A stretch of 44,857 bases of DNA from Clostridia bacterium (lineage in GTDB: Bacteria > Bacillota > Clostridia > Oscillospirales > CAG-272), in contig JAFULU010000002.1 of NCBI GenBank assembly GCA_017483125.1, forward strand, positions 1-44,857. Direction: 5' to 3'. The notes below the pieces were generated by a model. It had not been told where the DNA came from. It was given only the letters and a program-made list of their open reading frames with translations, and made no database searches. A program made the translations under genes and the position numbers. Positions 42,925 through 44,857 of the stretch are shown piece after piece (the first letter of the stretch is position 1; each line of letters starts with the position of its first letter).

Positions 42925-43617
42925 TTACTTGAATTTATAGTCCAGGATCTGGTCGATCAGTACCTCCCCCGTGACGCTGTCGGACAGGATGAAGTACTGC
43001 TTTTTGGACTCGTCGTGGCCGATGTCGGTGCGGTAGGTGCCGTCGTTGAGGCGGATCTTGTACTCCACCTCGTACTCGTACTGGGTATACTTCCCTTTTT
43101 CGCCCGACTGTACGGTCTCGTTGACCTTGGTGATCTTGATGTCGTAGAGCCTCTGCATGGTGAAGGGAGCCTCGGGCTGGTTGTGGGCGAAGTAATTCTC
43201 CGAGAACAGGGCGTTATAGGCGTCGGCGTCTCCCGCGATGATGGCGTTAATGGCGTCACGGAGCACCCACGCGGCGGGGCCGTAGCCCGCGATGTTCTTG
43301 TCTGTCAGCTCCTCGGTCAGACCCGAGCGCTCATCGAAGTGGTAGATGCGGCGGTTGAGCTCCAGGTACTCCTTATCCTGCATAATGTCGTATTCGTAGT
43401 CGGGAGTGGCGAAGATGATGGAGCTGGGGGGGAGCTTGCCCGTTTCCTCGGGCTCGCTGCCGTTCTGGAGGTTATCCAGAATATTGATAAGAGGGATGGC
43501 GATGACCGCGAAGACTACCATGCAGACAAGCACGATGATCATATTCCGCTTGAGTCTGCGGGTGGATTCTCTGGCTACGCGGGATTGCTCCTCAAAAGAC
43601 TGATTCTGCTGATCCAT
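42925..43617 (-). CDS. Single-pass membrane protein with an extracytoplasmic domain of unknown function (possibly NTF2-like/DUF5104-like)
   Basis: N-terminal basic stretch, TM MIIVLVCMVVFAVIAIPLI, then LRDAINAIIAGDADAYNALFSENY. SD gtgaggt. Own promoter TTGCTT-17-TGgTATACT. Confidence 0.6.
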   Translation of the reverse strand: MDQQNQSFEEQSRVARESTRRLKRNMIIVLVCMVVFAVIAIPLINILDNLQNGSEPEETGKLPPSSIIFATPDYEYDIMQDKEYLELNRRIYHFDERSGLTEELTDKNIAGYGPAAWVLRDAINAIIAGDADAYNALFSENYFAHNQPEAPFTMQRLYDIKITKVNETVQSGEKGKYTQYEYEVEYKIRLNDGTYRTDIGHDESKKQYFILSDSVTGEVLIDQILDYKFK

Positions 43618-43728
43618 GATGAGACCTCACTTTTTCTTATTGTTTACAGTATACCATATTCCTTTGCGGAAAGCAAGGGCCGTTCACGGCTTTTTTATAA
43701 AATTTTCATGAATATTGACGCGAAAGTG

Positions 43729-43757
43729 TTGCAGTTGGACCGAAAGTGTGCTATAAT
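43729..43757 (+). promoter_or_regulatory. Sigma-A promoter (TTGCAG-17-TGcTATAAT) for the phosphoglycerate mutase gene
   Basis: TTGCAG 43729-43734, TATAAT 43752-43757. Confidence 0.5.
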
Positions 43758-43792
43758 ATATAGGTTCATTCCACATCCAAGAGGTTACCCCT

Positions 43793-44857
43793 ATGAAGTA
43801 TCTTGTTCTCATTCCCGACGGCATGGCGGACCGCCCCGTCCCTGCCCTCGGTAACCGCACCCCCATGGAGGCCGCCGTCAAGCCCTGCATGGATGCCCTG
43901 GCCGCCCGCTCCACCGTGGGTCTGGTCTCCAACGTCCCCGTCGGCATGGTGCCCGAGAGCGACACCGCCAACATGGCCATTCTCTCCTTTGATCCCAAGG
44001 TCTACTCCCGCGGCCGCTCCCCTCTGGAGGCCATCAGCATGGGCCTTGAGATGGCTCCCGACGAGACCGCCTACCGCTGTAACGTAGTCACCCTCTCCGA
44101 CGGCGGAGAGTACGAAGATAAGATCATGCTGGACCACTCGGCCGACGAGATCACCACCGCCGAGGCGAACGAGCTGATCAAGGCCTTGGAGGCCCATTTC
44201 GGCACGGATTACCGTCATTTCTACACGGGTGTCAGCTACCGCCATTGCATTCTTTGGAAGGACGGCAACGATACCTACGATTTCTCCCGCCCCCACGACA
44301 TCATCGGCCGCTGCATCCGCGACTACCTCCCCAAGGAGGAGAACGGCGGCGGTGAGTTCTACCGTCTCATGAAGGAGAGCTTTGAGGTGCTGGATCAGCA
44401 TCCCGTCAATCAGGCCCGCCGCGCAAGAGGCCTGAAGCCCGCCAACTCGGCCTGGCTCTGGAGCCCCGGCAAGAAGCCCCGCCTGCCCAGCTTCACCGAA
44501 AAGTGGGGCATCAGCGGCACCGTGATCTCCGCCGTCGATCTCATCAAGGGCATCGGTCTGTGTGCGGGCATGAAGTCGGTGGACGTGGAGGGCGCTACGG
44601 GTAACGTCCACACCAACTACGACGGTAAGGCCGAAGCCGCCATCAACGCCTTCAAGGAAGGCGCCGACCTGGTCTACATCCACGTGGAGGGCCCCGACGA
44701 GTGCGGTCACCGCGCCGAGACCGACAACAAGGTGCTGTCGGTGGAGCTGATCGACCGAAAAATCCTGGCTCCCGTGTATGAGTACCTGAAGGCTACCGCC
44801 GAGGACTTCAAGATCCTGGTGCTCCCCGACCACCCCACCCCCATCGAGATCCGCACC
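43793..44857 (+). CDS. apgM: Cofactor-independent phosphoglycerate mutase, archaeal ApgM type (3' end outside window)
   Basis: Own translation: MKYLVLIPDGMADRPVPALGNRTPMEAAVKPCMDALA...ESDTANMAILSFDPKVYSRGRSPLEA...IHVEGPDECGHRAETDNK...LPDHPTP. The frame is open to the window edge. It is absent from the ORF track because no stop is reached. Listed ORF 43766..44833(-) is its codon-aligned shadow. Confidence 0.8.
   Translation, partial: MKYLVLIPDGMADRPVPALGNRTPMEAAVKPCMDALAARSTVGLVSNVPVGMVPESDTANMAILSFDPKVYSRGRSPLEAISMGLEMAPDETAYRCNVVTLSDGGEYEDKIMLDHSADEITTAEANELIKALEAHFGTDYRHFYTGVSYRHCILWKDGNDTYDFSRPHDIIGRCIRDYLPKEENGGGEFYRLMKESFEVLDQHPVNQARRARGLKPANSAWLWSPGKKPRLPSFTEKWGISGTVISAVDLIKGIGLCAGMKSVDVEGATGNVHTNYDGKAEAAINAFKEGADLVYIHVEGPDECGHRAETDNKVLSVELIDRKILAPVYEYLKATAEDFKILVLPDHPTPIEIRT

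Overview
Roughly 45 kb of chromosome from a GC3-rich Firmicute. It looks like Clostridia/Oscillospirales, judged from gene content, GAAAGGAG-type Shine-Dalgarno sites and many TTGACA-N17-TATAAT promoters; the taxon is inference. I count about 41 protein genes and see no rRNA, tRNA, CRISPR array, transposase, integrase, reverse transcriptase or phage genes. Most of the window is syntenic housekeeping: tig-clpP-clpX, thrC, lepB-rbgA-rnhB-yraN, murB-whiA, an RNA ligase rtcB, degV and an archaeal-type phosphoglycerate mutase. Accessory material sits between these blocks. (a) Carbohydrate genes: GH1, a DUF4091/GH123-like lipoprotein, a GH78-like six-hairpin enzyme, a BadF-type kinase plus SIS protein, and a TIM-barrel isomerase. 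(b) An ECF sigma/anti-sigma pair followed by a small alarmone synthetase. (c) Two membrane-tethered XRE regulators. (d) A four-gene nfeD-SPFH-unknown-unknown operon. (e) A 1541-aa lipoprotein with no recognisable catalytic domain. (f) A hairpin-rich palindromic repeat element present at two loci about 37 kb apart in opposite orientation. I found no canonical defence or mobile system. The most plausible candidates for an undescribed system are the extended nfeD-SPFH operon, the giant lipoprotein with its neighbouring membrane protein, the ECF module with its non-ZAS anti-sigma factor, and the repeat family. All functional calls rest on motif recognition in the supplied translations; no database search was run. 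Start codons were re-chosen where a Shine-Dalgarno site supports a shorter ORF than the one in the track.
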